64,000 nt of DNA from an uncultured Chloroflexia bacterium (lineage in GTDB: Bacteria; Chloroflexota; Limnocylindria; QHBO01), in NCBI GenBank assembly GCA_963847375.1, contig CAWJZO010000001.1, forward strand, positions 1,008,843-1,072,842, in the 5' to 3' direction. The notes beneath the pieces are model-generated. The model saw nothing but the letters and a program-made list of their open reading frames with translations. It did no database searches and was not told the DNA's origin. Both the position numbers and the translations under genes were made by a program. Every line of letters starts with the position of its first letter. The stretch's first letter is position 1. Below are positions 53,598-64,000 of this stretch, one piece after another.

Positions 53598-55487
53598 ATG
53601 ACCTCCCAGCACGACGCATGGCGTGAGCTCGGGCAGCAGCTGCGCGTCGACTCGGTCCGGTCCTCGAGCGCGGCGGGGAGCGGGCATCCGACGTCGTCGA
53701 TGTCCGCGGCCGACCTCATGGCTGTGCTCATGTCGAAATACCTGCATTACGACTTCGGCACCCCCGACGACCCGCGCAACGATCACCTGATCTTCAGCAA
53801 GGGCCACGCGTCACCGCTGCTGTACGCGATGTACAAGGCGGCCGGCGCCATCAGCGACGACGAGATGCTCACGTTCCGTCGCCTCGGCAGCCGGATCGAG
53901 GGCCATCCGACCCCGGTGCTGCCGTGGGTCGACGTCGCGACCGGCTCGCTCGGCCAGGGGCTGCCGATCAGCGTCGGCGTGGCCATGGCCGGCAAGCGCC
54001 TGGATCGCCTTCCGTATCGCGTCTGGTGCCTGTGCGGCGACTCCGAGATGGCCGAGGGCTCGATGTGGGAGGCCTTCGAGCAGGCTGGCTTCCAGGGCCT
54101 TGACAACCTGACCGCCATCATCGACGTCAACCGGCTCGGCCAGACCGGGCCGACAATGCACGAGTGGGACACCGATTCCTACCGCCGCCGGGCGAAGGCG
54201 TTCGGCTGGAAGGCGATCGTGATCGACGGACACGACATCGAGGCCATCGACCGTGCCTTCGAGCGCGCCATCGGCACCACCGGCCGGCCGACCGTCATCA
54301 TCGCCCGCACCGAGAAGGGTCACGGCGTGAAGGCCGTCGCGAACCAGCCCGGCATGCACGGGAAGCCGCTCGCCGACCCCGACGCGGCGATCGCGGAGCT
54401 CGGGGGCATCCGGGACATCACCGTCGAGGTGGCCAAGCCCGAAATCACCGGTGAGCCTCATCGCTTCCCGACCACCGCCCTGACGCTGCCGTCGTATGAG
54501 CCCGGCACGAAGGAGGCGACGCGCAAGGCCTTCGGCGACGCGCTCGTGGCGCTCGGCAGGGCTCGCGGCGACGTCGTGGCGGTCGACGGCGAGGTGGGGA
54601 ACAGCACGTACACGGAGGAGTTCGCGAGGGAGCTGCCGGAGCGATTCATCCAGTCGTACATCGCCGAACAGCTGATGATCGCGACCGCGGTCGGGCTCCA
54701 GGTCCGCGGCTGGAAGCCGTTCGCGGCTACCTTCGCCGCCTTCCTTTCGCGCGCCTACGACTTCGTGCGCATGGCCGCCGTCAGCCGCGCGAACATCGCG
54801 CTCGCAGGTTCGCACGCGGGCGTCAGCATCGGCGAGGACGGGCCGTCGCAGATGGCACTCGAGGACCTCGCCGCCTTCCGGGCGGTCCATGGCTCGACGG
54901 TGCTCTATCCGAGCGACGCGAACGCGACCGCCGCCCTCGTGCCGCAGATGGCCGACCGCGAGGGGATCGTGTTCATGCGCACGACCCGCGAGAAGACGCC
55001 GGTGCTCTATGCGCCGGGCGACGACTTCCACATCGGCGGCAGCCGCTTGGTCCGGCGGACCGATGACGACGCCGTCACGCTCATCGGTGCCGGCATCACC
55101 CTTCACGAGGCGGTCGCGGCCGCGGACCAGCTGGCCGGCGAGGGGATCAATGCTCGGGTGGTCGATCTGTACAGCGTCAAGCCGATCGACGACGAGGCGG
55201 TGCGCGCCGCGGGCCGCGAGACCGGTGCGATCGTGACCGTGGAGGACCACTGGCCGGAGGGCGGGATCGGCGACGCCGTGCTCGAGGCGCTCGCCGCCGA
55301 GCAGCCACACCCGGTGGTGGTCAAGCTGGCGGTGCGGAGCATGCCCGGCTCGGGGACGCCGGCCGAGCTGCTGGCCGCGGCCGGCATCGACGCCGCCCAC
55401 ATCGCCGACGCGGCGCGCGCGCTCGCCACCCGGGAGGGTGCCGTCGAGAGGCCGACGGCCGAGGTCGGCTCGGCAGGCTACGAGTAG
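53598..55487 (+). CDS. tkt: Transketolase
   Basis: The TPP-binding N-terminus has SGHPTSSMSAADLM and GSLGQGL. CGDSEMAEG (GDG-type) and a C-terminal transketolase domain follow. I chose the ATG at 53598. Confidence 0.92.
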   Translation: MTSQHDAWRELGQQLRVDSVRSSSAAGSGHPTSSMSAADLMAVLMSKYLHYDFGTPDDPRNDHLIFSKGHASPLLYAMYKAAGAISDDEMLTFRRLGSRIEGHPTPVLPWVDVATGSLGQGLPISVGVAMAGKRLDRLPYRVWCLCGDSEMAEGSMWEAFEQAGFQGLDNLTAIIDVNRLGQTGPTMHEWDTDSYRRRAKAFGWKAIVIDGHDIEAIDRAFERAIGTTGRPTVIIARTEKGHGVKAVANQPGMHGKPLADPDAAIAELGGIRDITVEVAKPEITGEPHRFPTTALTLPSYEPGTKEATRKAFGDALVALGRARGDVVAVDGEVGNSTYTEEFARELPERFIQSYIAEQLMIATAVGLQVRGWKPFAATFAAFLSRAYDFVRMAAVSRANIALAGSHAGVSIGEDGPSQMALEDLAAFRAVHGSTVLYPSDANATAALVPQMADREGIVFMRTTREKTPVLYAPGDDFHIGGSRLVRRTDDDAVTLIGAGITLHEAVAAADQLAGEGINARVVDLYSVKPIDDEAVRAAGRETGAIVTVEDHWPEGGIGDAVLEALAAEQPHPVVVKLAVRSMPGSGTPAELLAAAGIDAAHIADAARALATREGAVERPTAEVGSAGYE

Positions 55488-55501
55488 CGGAGGCACCGAC
55501 G

Positions 55502-56611
55502 ATGACCGGAAACGCGCTGCATCGGCTCCATGCCGATCAGGACCAGAGCCCATGGATCGACTTCATCGACCGTGAGCTGATCACGAGCGGCAAGCTCGAG
55601 GAGATGGTGGATGACGGCATCCGGGGGCTCACCAGCAACCCGACGATCTTCGCCAAGGCCGTTGCCACCGGGCAATATGACGAGCTGATTCGGCGCGAGA
55701 TCGACGCCGGTGACGGGGCGCGTCAGATCTACGAAGAGATCGCGGTGGCCGACGTCGGCGATGCCTCCGACCTCCTGCGCCGCGTCTACGACGATGCGGA
55801 CGGGGCCGATGGCTTCGCCAGCATCGAGGTCGAGCCCGACCTGGCCGAGGACGCCGACGCTACCTTGGCCCGGGCCCGAGAGCTGTGGGGCCGCCTCGAC
55901 CGGCCGAACGTGTTCATCAAGATCCCGGCGACCGAGGCCGGGATCCCGGCCATCGAGAGCGCGATCGCCGAGGGGATCAACATCAACGTCACGCTGATGT
56001 TCAGCGTCGAGATCTACAAGCGCGTGGCGCGGGCGTACATCGCCGGGCTCCGGCGGCGCCACGAGCGTGGCGAGGACGTGAGCCGGGTCGCCAGCGTGGC
56101 TTCGTTCTTCGTGAGTCGGGTCGACACTAAGGTAGACACGTATCTCGAGGAGATCGGCACCCGAGAGGCGCTCCAAGCTCGCGGGAAGGCGGCGATTGCC
56201 AACGCCAAGCTCGCCTACGAGGCCTTCGGCGAGATCTTCGGCGGGGACGAGTTCGCCGAGCTGCGCGCCGCCGGCGCGCGGGTGCAGCGCTGCCTGTGGG
56301 CAAGCACGAGCACGAAGAATCCGGACTACCGCGACGTCCTCTACGTCGAGGAGCTCATCGGTCCGCAGACCGTCGACACGATGCCTCTCGAGACGATCGA
56401 GGCCTTCCTGGACCACGGAGAGCTGCAGCGAACGCTCGACCAAGACCTGGACGCCGCTCGCCAGGCGATTCGCGAAGTCGAGGCCAACGGCATCACGATG
56501 CAGCGCGTCACCGACGAGCTCATCGTCGAGGGCGTCGCGAGCTTCGCGAAGAGCTTCGACGAGCTGATCGAGACGATCGAGTCGAAGCGCGAGGAGCTCG
56601 CCCCGGCATGA
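55502..56611 (+). CDS. tal: Transaldolase (actinobacterial long type)
   Basis: QSPWIDFIDR, GLTSNPTIF and FIKIPAT (Schiff-base Lys) are present. Confidence 0.92.
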   Translation: MTGNALHRLHADQDQSPWIDFIDRELITSGKLEEMVDDGIRGLTSNPTIFAKAVATGQYDELIRREIDAGDGARQIYEEIAVADVGDASDLLRRVYDDADGADGFASIEVEPDLAEDADATLARARELWGRLDRPNVFIKIPATEAGIPAIESAIAEGININVTLMFSVEIYKRVARAYIAGLRRRHERGEDVSRVASVASFFVSRVDTKVDTYLEEIGTREALQARGKAAIANAKLAYEAFGEIFGGDEFAELRAAGARVQRCLWASTSTKNPDYRDVLYVEELIGPQTVDTMPLETIEAFLDHGELQRTLDQDLDAARQAIREVEANGITMQRVTDELIVEGVASFAKSFDELIETIESKREELAPA

Positions 56612-58308
56612 GCGACCTCGACGCCGCGATCCGCTCGCGGCTTGGGGCGTGGACGGCCGATCACGTCGCGGACCGGCTGTGGGCAAGGGACGGGTCATTG
56701 TGGGCGGCTTCGGAGAACCCACCCGAGGAGGTCGCGCGGTGGCTCGGCTGGCTGGACCTGCCGGGCGCGATGAGCGCACGCGTCCCCGAGCTCGAGCATC
56801 TCGCACGCGACGTCCGCGAGGACGGCTACCGGCGCGCGGCCGTGCTCGGCATGGGCGGTTCCAGCCTGGCACCCGAGCTGTTCAGTCGGGTCTTCGGATG
56901 GGCCGGCGGCGCCAATGGCTCCGGGGCAGCCTCGCCCAACGGCCTCGAGCTGCGCATCCTCGACTCGACCCACCCCGACGCGGTGCGCGGATTTCGCTCC
57001 TGGGCCTCGGAGCAGCGCACGCTGTTTCTCGTGAGCTCGAAGTCGGGCTCGACCACGGAGCCGAATGCCTTCCAGGCCGCGATGGGCGAGGTCGCGCCGG
57101 CGCTCGACTTCATCGCGATCACGGATCCCGACACTCCGCTCGCCGACCTGGCACGCGCGCAGGAGTTCCGTGCCATCGTCACGGCGCCGACCGACGTCGG
57201 CGGCCGCTACTCGGCCCTCAGCGTCTTCGGACTCGTCCCTGCGGCGCTGCACGGCGTCGACGTGGGCGCGCTCCTGAACCGGGCAGGGCGCATGGCCGAT
57301 GACTGCCGGCTGGCCGATGCCGCCGCGAACCCAGGGCTGCGCCTCGGCGCCTACTTGGGCGAGGCCGCCCTTGCCGGACGGGACAAGCTCACGATCCTCA
57401 CCGGCGAGCGGCTCGCGGCATTCGGCGATTGGACCGAGCAGCTCGTCGCCGAGTCGACCGGCAAGGCCGGAGCGGGGATCGTGCCGATCGTCGGCGAGCC
57501 GCTCCGGGGTCCCGACGACTACGCCGGCGACCGTTGCTTCGTGCGGATCCGGTTGGCCGGCGAGCACGAGCCCGAGCTTGACCGGCTCTGCGACGCGCTC
57601 GGAGCCCTCGGCCACCCCGTCGAGCGCCTCGAGATGGCCGATCCCCTCGAGGTCGGCGCGGAGTTCGTGCGCTGGGAGGTGGCGACCGCGGCTGCCGGGA
57701 TCGTCCTCGGCATCGACCCGTTCGACCAGCCCAACGTCACCGAGTCGAAGGACGCGACCACCGCGCTGCTGGAGGCGTTCCGTGAGCGCGGAGCACTGCC
57801 GCAGCCGATGCCGCTCGTCAGCGAGCCCGGGGTTTCGATCAGCGCCGACCCGGGGGCGATCGGTGACGTTCCGGTGAGCGTCGACGGGGCGGTCGCGCAA
57901 CTGCTGGGCCTGGCCCGCCCGGGAGTCGACTACGTCGCGATCATCGCCTACCTTCCGAAGGACCCGCCCGTCGAAGCTCGGCTGCAGGCGATCCGCGCCC
58001 GCATCGGGGCGGCGACTGGCGCTGCCACGACGCTGGGCTTCGGCCCGCGCTTCCTCCACTCGACCGGGCAGCTGCACAAGGGCGGGCCGGACACCGGCGT
58101 CTTCCTCCAGCTCACCGCGGAGCCGTCGAAGGATCTGCCGATTCCGGGCTGGGAGGAGTCCTTCGGCGCGCTCATCGCCGCCCAGGCGCTCGGGGATCTC
58201 GCATCGCTCCAGAAACGTGGTCGGCGCGCGATGCGCCTCCACGTCAACGACGTCCACGCAGGGCTGAGTCGGCTGGAGGCGATGACCGGCGCGACGCTAT
58301 CGGTCTGA
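56608..58308 (+). CDS. pgi: Glucose-6-phosphate isomerase (the type found fused to transaldolase in some bacteria)
   Basis: GMGGSSLAPE and SKSGSTTEP SIS motifs and GGRYSALS are present. The ATG overlaps the tal stop (ATGA). Confidence 0.85.
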   Translation: MSDLDAAIRSRLGAWTADHVADRLWARDGSLWAASENPPEEVARWLGWLDLPGAMSARVPELEHLARDVREDGYRRAAVLGMGGSSLAPELFSRVFGWAGGANGSGAASPNGLELRILDSTHPDAVRGFRSWASEQRTLFLVSSKSGSTTEPNAFQAAMGEVAPALDFIAITDPDTPLADLARAQEFRAIVTAPTDVGGRYSALSVFGLVPAALHGVDVGALLNRAGRMADDCRLADAAANPGLRLGAYLGEAALAGRDKLTILTGERLAAFGDWTEQLVAESTGKAGAGIVPIVGEPLRGPDDYAGDRCFVRIRLAGEHEPELDRLCDALGALGHPVERLEMADPLEVGAEFVRWEVATAAAGIVLGIDPFDQPNVTESKDATTALLEAFRERGALPQPMPLVSEPGVSISADPGAIGDVPVSVDGAVAQLLGLARPGVDYVAIIAYLPKDPPVEARLQAIRARIGAATGAATTLGFGPRFLHSTGQLHKGGPDTGVFLQLTAEPSKDLPIPGWEESFGALIAAQALGDLASLQKRGRRAMRLHVNDVHAGLSRLEAMTGATLSV

Positions 58309-58326
58309 GGCAGGAGAAGGAGCACG

Positions 58327-59247
<921 letters not shown>

Positions 59248-59254
59248 CGTCCGG

Positions 59255-60874
59255 ATGACGACCCGCAGCGCCGAAGCCCCAGCGGCCGACCTCCCGCGGC
59301 CTCGCGACGCGGTCACCGCGGCGGCTCGGCCCAACCCGCTGCGGGAGGGGCTGCGCCACGAGCGGATGGCCGAGCCGTGCACGATGATCATCTGCGGCGC
59401 GACCGGGGACCTCACCGAGCGCAAGCTCGCCCCTGCCCTCTACAACACCCTCCTCGGCGGCAACTTGCCCTCGGAGTTCACCGGCGTCGGCTTCGCGCGG
59501 CGGGACTGGACCGATGCGGAGTTCCGCGACCACCTGCTGGCCGGCATCAACAAGTACAGCCGCAACAAGCCGGTGAAGCCCGCCATCTGGGACTCGATCG
59601 CCGACTCGATCGAGTACCAGCGCGGCGACTTCAACGACCCCGTCGCGTATGCCGACCTCGCCAGGCGGCTCGACCGCATCGATCGCGACCGCGGGACCGC
59701 CGGCAACCGGCTCTTCTACTTGGCCGTGCCGCCGAGCCTCTATCCGGAGATCGTCAACCAGCTCGATCGCGCCGGCCTGGCGGCGAGCGGCGAGCGACGC
59801 AGGACCGGATCGAATCGGGGCTGGACGCGCGTCATCGTCGAGAAGCCGTTCGGGTACGACCTCGAGTCGGCGCGGACCCTGAACCGCGAGTTCGCCGAGG
59901 TCTTCGCCGAGGACCAGGTCTATCGCATCGACCACTACCTCGGCAAGGAGACCGTCCAGAACCTCGCCGTCTTCCGTTTCGGCAACGGGCTGTTCGAGCC
60001 GATCTGGAATCGTCGCTACATCGATTCGGTCCAGATCACGGTGGCCGAGACGGTCGGCGTCGAGGGCCGCGGCGAGTTCTACGACGGCACCGGCGCCATG
60101 CGCGACGTGGTCCAGAACCATGGCTTCCAGCTGATGTCGATGTTCGCCATGGAGCCGCCGGTCGAGTTCTCGCCCGAGGATCTGCGCGACGAGAAGCTCA
60201 AGGTGCTGCGCGCCGTCAAGCCGATGGCCCCGTCGGACGTCGCCGCCAACGTCATCCGCGGCCAGTACGTCTCCGGCTGGGTCGAGGGCGAGCGCGTCAC
60301 CTCGTACCGCGACGCGCCCGAGGTGCCGCCGGACTCCGAGACGGAGACGTTCGTGGCGATGAAGCTGGCGATCGACTCGTGGCGCTGGGCGGGTGTGCCG
60401 TTCTACATCCGCAGCGGGAAGGCCCTGCCGAGCCGGGTGACGGAGATCGCCGTCCAGTTCCGGCGCGCCCCGCTGGCGCTGTTCTCGCGTGCGGGCGTCA
60501 GCCAGGTCGACCCGAACGTGCTCGCCATCCGCGTCCAGCCCGACGAGGGCATCCTCCTGCGCTTCGGCGCCAAGGTGCCCGGCCAGGGACTCCAGATCCG
60601 GACCGTCAACATGGACTTCCGCTACGGCTCCTCGTTCGCGGTCGACTCCCCGGACGCGTACGAAACGCTGCTCGTCGACGCGATGATCGGTGACAACAGC
60701 CTCTTCACCCGCGACGACGAGGTCGAGCGCGCCTGGGAGATCCTCGAGCCGGTCCTCAAGGCCTGGGCATCGGGCGAGGGCGGCCCGCTCCACTTCTACG
60801 GTGCCGGGACGTGGGGCCCGCCGGCAGCCGACGAGCTGCTCGAGCGCGAGGGCCGGGCGTGGCGCAAGCCATGA
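59255..60874 (+). CDS. zwf: Glucose-6-phosphate dehydrogenase
   Basis: ICGATGDLTERKL, RIDHYLGKE (the active-site signature) and EKP are present. Confidence 0.93.
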   Translation: MTTRSAEAPAADLPRPRDAVTAAARPNPLREGLRHERMAEPCTMIICGATGDLTERKLAPALYNTLLGGNLPSEFTGVGFARRDWTDAEFRDHLLAGINKYSRNKPVKPAIWDSIADSIEYQRGDFNDPVAYADLARRLDRIDRDRGTAGNRLFYLAVPPSLYPEIVNQLDRAGLAASGERRRTGSNRGWTRVIVEKPFGYDLESARTLNREFAEVFAEDQVYRIDHYLGKETVQNLAVFRFGNGLFEPIWNRRYIDSVQITVAETVGVEGRGEFYDGTGAMRDVVQNHGFQLMSMFAMEPPVEFSPEDLRDEKLKVLRAVKPMAPSDVAANVIRGQYVSGWVEGERVTSYRDAPEVPPDSETETFVAMKLAIDSWRWAGVPFYIRSGKALPSRVTEIAVQFRRAPLALFSRAGVSQVDPNVLAIRVQPDEGILLRFGAKVPGQGLQIRTVNMDFRYGSSFAVDSPDAYETLLVDAMIGDNSLFTRDDEVERAWEILEPVLKAWASGEGGPLHFYGAGTWGPPAADELLEREGRAWRKP

Positions 60875-62154
60875 CCGGCGGCCCGTCCCGCCTCGTCCAC
60901 GAAGAGCAGCTCGTCCATCGGCGGCTCCAGCGCTTCGGCGAGCACGAGAGCCTGGCGACGCCGGTCTGGGAGGCGCGCGACACGAGCGTGCGGGCAATCG
61001 CCGCGCACCTCACCACGCTGTGGGACCCGCCGGGACGGCCCGACCAGGACGGCGATCAGATCGTCACCGAGGCGGGGCTGCCTCAAGCCCGCGCATCGGT
61101 CCTCAACCTGATCGTGACCGTCGTCGACGACGCGGCCGCCGACCGAATCGTCGGCACGCTGCTCGACCTCGGCAACCGCCACCCGTCACGCGCGATCGTG
61201 CTCGTTGCCCAGCCGGGCGCCGGGGAGCGGCCGCTCGACGCCCGGGTCAGCACCCACTGTCACAACGCGAGCGGCGGCGGTGACCGCGTCTGCCACGAGG
61301 AGGTCATCCTGACGGTGCGCGGCGAGGCGGCCGAGCACCTGTCGGGAGTCGTCGCGCCACTCCTCATCCCAGACCTGCCCACGCACGTCTGGTGGCCTGG
61401 CGACCCGCCGTTCGACGGCCCCGTCTTCGAGCAGCTCGTCGAGATGGGCGATCGCGTCCTGTTCGACTCGTCCGACTTCGGCGATCTGCTGGGCGGGCTG
61501 CGCCGGCTGGGGAGCCTGCGGCACGCCAGCGGCCTTGGCGACCTGAGCTGGGAGCGCCTGACGTGGTGGCAGGAGCTGACCGCGCAGTTCTTCGACGCGC
61601 CGCGCTTCCGGCGCTACCTGCCAAATCTGAGCCGGCTGCTCATCAGCTACGCCGTCGCGCCCGAGGGCGCTGAAGGGACCGATGAGGACGCGAACGAATC
61701 CGGCCCGGGCGTCTCGTCGCCGATGGCGCAGGCGGCGCTGTACGCGGGCTGGATCGCGACGCGTCTGGGCTGGCGGCGGCACCGCACCATCGAGCCGCTG
61801 GTGGACGGCGCCTTCAGGCTCCGGCTCGAGGGACGACACGAGATGGTCGAGCTCGCCGTGCGGCCCGAGGCGACGTCCATCGTGCGCCCGGGCGACCTCA
61901 CCAGCGTCCGGCTCCGCTCGCTCGGCGAGACTGGTGCCTCCGAGTTCATCATCGATCGCGACGGCGAGGACGCGGTGGTCGCCACGAACGCCGACGGCAT
62001 GACCGCCCTCCTTCGGCGTGTGGCGATGGAGTCGCCCCGCGAGGCCGAGCTGCTCAGCGCCCAGCTCACCGAAGACGTCGTCGACCCGGTCTACGAGGAC
62101 GCGATGCGTGCCGCCGCCATCCTGCTCGCGTCGGCCCGAGAGGCCGCGGGGTGA
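60871..62154 (+). CDS. opcA: Glucose-6-phosphate dehydrogenase assembly protein OpcA
   Basis: The position directly after zwf with an ATGA overlap supports the call. RASVLNLIV and P.LIPDLPTHVWWPGDPPF are typical OpcA segments. Confidence 0.85.
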   Translation: MTGGPSRLVHEEQLVHRRLQRFGEHESLATPVWEARDTSVRAIAAHLTTLWDPPGRPDQDGDQIVTEAGLPQARASVLNLIVTVVDDAAADRIVGTLLDLGNRHPSRAIVLVAQPGAGERPLDARVSTHCHNASGGGDRVCHEEVILTVRGEAAEHLSGVVAPLLIPDLPTHVWWPGDPPFDGPVFEQLVEMGDRVLFDSSDFGDLLGGLRRLGSLRHASGLGDLSWERLTWWQELTAQFFDAPRFRRYLPNLSRLLISYAVAPEGAEGTDEDANESGPGVSSPMAQAALYAGWIATRLGWRRHRTIEPLVDGAFRLRLEGRHEMVELAVRPEATSIVRPGDLTSVRLRSLGETGASEFIIDRDGEDAVVATNADGMTALLRRVAMESPREAELLSAQLTEDVVDPVYEDAMRAAAILLASAREAAG

Positions 62155-62873
62155 TCGACCTCGACGTTCGCGGCTCCCCCGACGAGGTCGCCCACGAGGC
62201 CGCGAACCGATTCGTCTCGATCGTCGCCGCTGCGATCGCGGATCGAGGGGTGGCGCGCGTCGCGCTCTCCGGCGGCGGCACGCCGAAGCGGGTCTACCCG
62301 CTCCTGCTCGAGCCGGTGCGCCGCGACGCGCTCGACTGGTCGGCGGTCGAGTTCTTCTGGGGCGACGAACGGGCGGTCCCACCCGACCACCCCGAGTCGA
62401 ACTTCGGTGTGGCGTACGGGATGCTCATCAGCCAGCTGCCCGGGGTGCGCCCGGATCGCGTCCACCGCATGCAGGCCGAGGCGCCGGACCCCGACGCCGC
62501 GGCCCTCGTGTACGAGACCGAGCTGCGCCTCGCTTTCGGGGCCCGCGGCGACGCTCCGCCCGCGTTCGACCTCGTCTGGTTGGGGATGGGCCCTGACGGC
62601 CACACCGCGAGCCTCTTTCCCGGCACGGCCGCGCTCGACGAGACGGTGCGCTGGGTGGTCGCCAACTGGGTGCCGTCGCGGGACGCGTGGCGCATGACCC
62701 TGACCTTCCCGGTCTTGAACGCCGCGCGCGAGACGCTCTTCGTCGTCAGCGGCGCGGACAAGGCCGATGCGCTGGCGCGCGTGCGATCCGGCGATCCTGA
62801 ACTGCCCGCGGCGCGGATCACCGGCCCGGCCGTGCGCTGGATCGTCGACGCGGCGGCCGCCCTGGTGGCCTGA
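62151..62873 (+). CDS. pgl: 6-phosphogluconolactonase
   Basis: ALSGGGTPK, FWGDER.VP.DHP.SN and LGMGPDGHTASLFPG are present. The GTG overlaps the opcA stop (GTGA). Confidence 0.9.
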   Translation: MIDLDVRGSPDEVAHEAANRFVSIVAAAIADRGVARVALSGGGTPKRVYPLLLEPVRRDALDWSAVEFFWGDERAVPPDHPESNFGVAYGMLISQLPGVRPDRVHRMQAEAPDPDAAALVYETELRLAFGARGDAPPAFDLVWLGMGPDGHTASLFPGTAALDETVRWVVANWVPSRDAWRMTLTFPVLNAARETLFVVSGADKADALARVRSGDPELPAARITGPAVRWIVDAAAALVA

Positions 62874-62876
62874 CGC

Positions 62877-63140
62877 GTGCCGCCGCTCGCCTGGCTGGTC
62901 GTTGCCATCGTCGCTGGCGTGGCGGCCTACGTCGTCGCGTGGCCGGCATGGCAGGCGTATCGGGCGCGCGAGGCGCTCGACACGAACACGGAGCGCTACC
63001 TGGCGTGGCGCGGGCGAGCCCCGCGCGGGTCGAGCGTGCGCGAGGGGATGACCGGCGAGGAGCGGCGGCGCATCTACGGAGGTGCCGCGCTCGGCGTGCT
63101 GGCCGTCGTCGCGCTGATCGCCTTCTTCTCGACCAGCTGA
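62877..63140 (+). CDS. Small two-TM membrane protein (87 aa), hypothetical
   Basis: Hydrophobic N- and C-terminal helices are present. The GTG start lies 3 nt after the pgl stop. Confidence 0.5.
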   Translation: MPPLAWLVVAIVAGVAAYVVAWPAWQAYRAREALDTNTERYLAWRGRAPRGSSVREGMTGEERRRIYGGAALGVLAVVALIAFFSTS

Positions 63141-63143
63141 CCG

Positions 63144-63464
63144 ATGCGAGTCGAGCTGCTCTATGCCGATGGCGACCCGGCGGCCATGCCGGCGCGCCAG
63201 AACCTCGTCGAGGTCCTCACCGAGGACGCCTTCGAGACCCCGGTCCAGATGGTGGCGGTCGCATCGGCCGAGGACGCCGCCATGCTCGAGATGCACGGGT
63301 CGCCCTCGATCCGAATCGACGGCGAGGACATCGACCCCGACGGGCAGGGACCGCTTGGCCTTGCGCCGCGAGACTACGGCGATGGGCCGGTACCCCCGAA
63401 GGACGTCATCCGGCGCGCGGTTGGGCGTGCCCGCGGGTGGGCACACGTGCCGCGCGACGGGTAG
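63144..63464 (+). CDS. Thioredoxin-fold-like small protein lacking the usual Cys residues
   Basis: The pattern (V/I)ELLY.DG.P ... GSP(S/T)IRIDG.D resembles small thioredoxin-like/DF-family proteins. The positions normally Cys read DGDPA and LAPRDY here. Confidence 0.5.
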   Translation: MRVELLYADGDPAAMPARQNLVEVLTEDAFETPVQMVAVASAEDAAMLEMHGSPSIRIDGEDIDPDGQGPLGLAPRDYGDGPVPPKDVIRRAVGRARGWAHVPRDG

Positions 63465-63526
63465 GGAGGCCGACAGCCGTCCTGCGCGATGCTGGCGCGC
63501 GGGGTAGACTCTGGCCCCAACAGCCC

Positions 63527-63904
63527 ATGTCTGCCACGAAACGGCCGAGTACTTCGAGTCTCCGCCGCTACCTGACATCACGCCCATACCTCTCGATCGC
63601 CGACATCCGCCGCAGGTTCGGCCTCGAAGCCGATGCGATGAGCCACATCGCGCGCAACGGCACCTCGGCCTACATCGGCCTGCCCGAGCGCGAGGCGTTG
63701 AAGCTCCAGGATCTGTGGCAGCGCGACGAGGTCGGTGTCGAGCTCTCGGTCGAGGTCCACGCCCCGGTCGTGGTCGGCATCTACCCGATGCGGATCGCGC
63801 GGTTCGTCCTGGATCAGGCAGCCCACGGCCACGCCAACGGCAACGGCCAGGATCCGATGACTGGGCCGGTGCCGCAGCACGCGGAGGACGGCGCCGAGGG
63901 GTGA
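63527..63904 (+). CDS. Hypothetical protein (125 aa)
   Basis: The ORF has coding-like GC3 bias, and its stop overlaps the next start (GTGA). I recognised no family. Confidence 0.5.
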   Translation: MSATKRPSTSSLRRYLTSRPYLSIADIRRRFGLEADAMSHIARNGTSAYIGLPEREALKLQDLWQRDEVGVELSVEVHAPVVVGIYPMRIARFVLDQAAHGHANGNGQDPMTGPVPQHAEDGAEG

Positions 63905-64000
63905 GGGTCGCCGCAGTGGTGAGCGACCTGCTGCTCTTCAGCAAGATCGAGGCGGCCGCATCCGCGGCGGGCGCCAGCCTGCTGCGGGCAGATGAGCCAA
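63901..64000 (+). CDS. Hypothetical protein, 5' fragment (runs off the window)
   Basis: A GTG at 63901 overlaps the upstream stop, and the frame stays open to the window end (VRVAAVVSDLLLFSKIEAAASAAG...). Confidence 0.35.
   Translation, partial: MRVAAVVSDLLLFSKIEAAASAAGASLLRADEP

Noticed and set aside
53303-53731. A 142-aa minus-strand ORF filling the tkt upstream gap.
   Set aside because: It overlaps the tkt start, has Cys/Arg/Ser-rich non-protein-like composition and no SD, and runs antisense to the predicted tkt leader.

Overview
This is a 64-kb, very GC-rich (roughly 70%) chromosomal segment of Actinomycetota/Chloroflexota type. It is densely packed with about 60 protein genes and one tRNA-Gly(UCC). 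I saw no rRNA, CRISPR array, transposase, integrase or prophage genes.

The content is mostly housekeeping and accessory metabolism:
- A 12-gene minus-strand block (about 4.8-15.8 kb) holds acetamidase, an ArsA-type ATPase, an F420/LLM oxidoreductase, a GH15 trehalase/glucoamylase, a Zn-peptidase, and an esterase coupled to two ABC ATPase-permease pairs.
- Copper export genes (YHS protein plus CopA) follow.
- Then come a receiver-only response regulator plus glgM, and a HisKA_3 kinase/LuxR regulator pair with an ABC-2 exporter.
- Next are Lhr helicase, an amino-acid ABC importer and a beta-CASP nuclease.
- A Ku-less LigC-type ligase and a primase-polymerase sit nearby, followed by glgP.
- A complete pentose-phosphate operon (tkt-tal-pgi-gnd-zwf-opcA-pgl) closes the window.

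I could not identify a clear-cut new multi-gene system. The observations most worth a second look are:
- a tandem-duplicated HNH protein whose frame reads through the co-oriented tRNA-Gly;
- a composite GTGAC palindrome motif shared by two promoter regions of the two-component/ABC module;
- a triple GGCCAA-N5-TTGGCC palindrome;
- an unexplained ~120-nt multi-helix element in the largest intergenic gap, upstream of tkt;
- a CsoR-like operator with no csoR in the window;
- a 600-aa HTH/polyacidic repeat protein;
- a QGGG-repeat tail-anchored protein;
- two patches of gene decay.

All functional calls come from motif and family recognition by eye. No database search was run.
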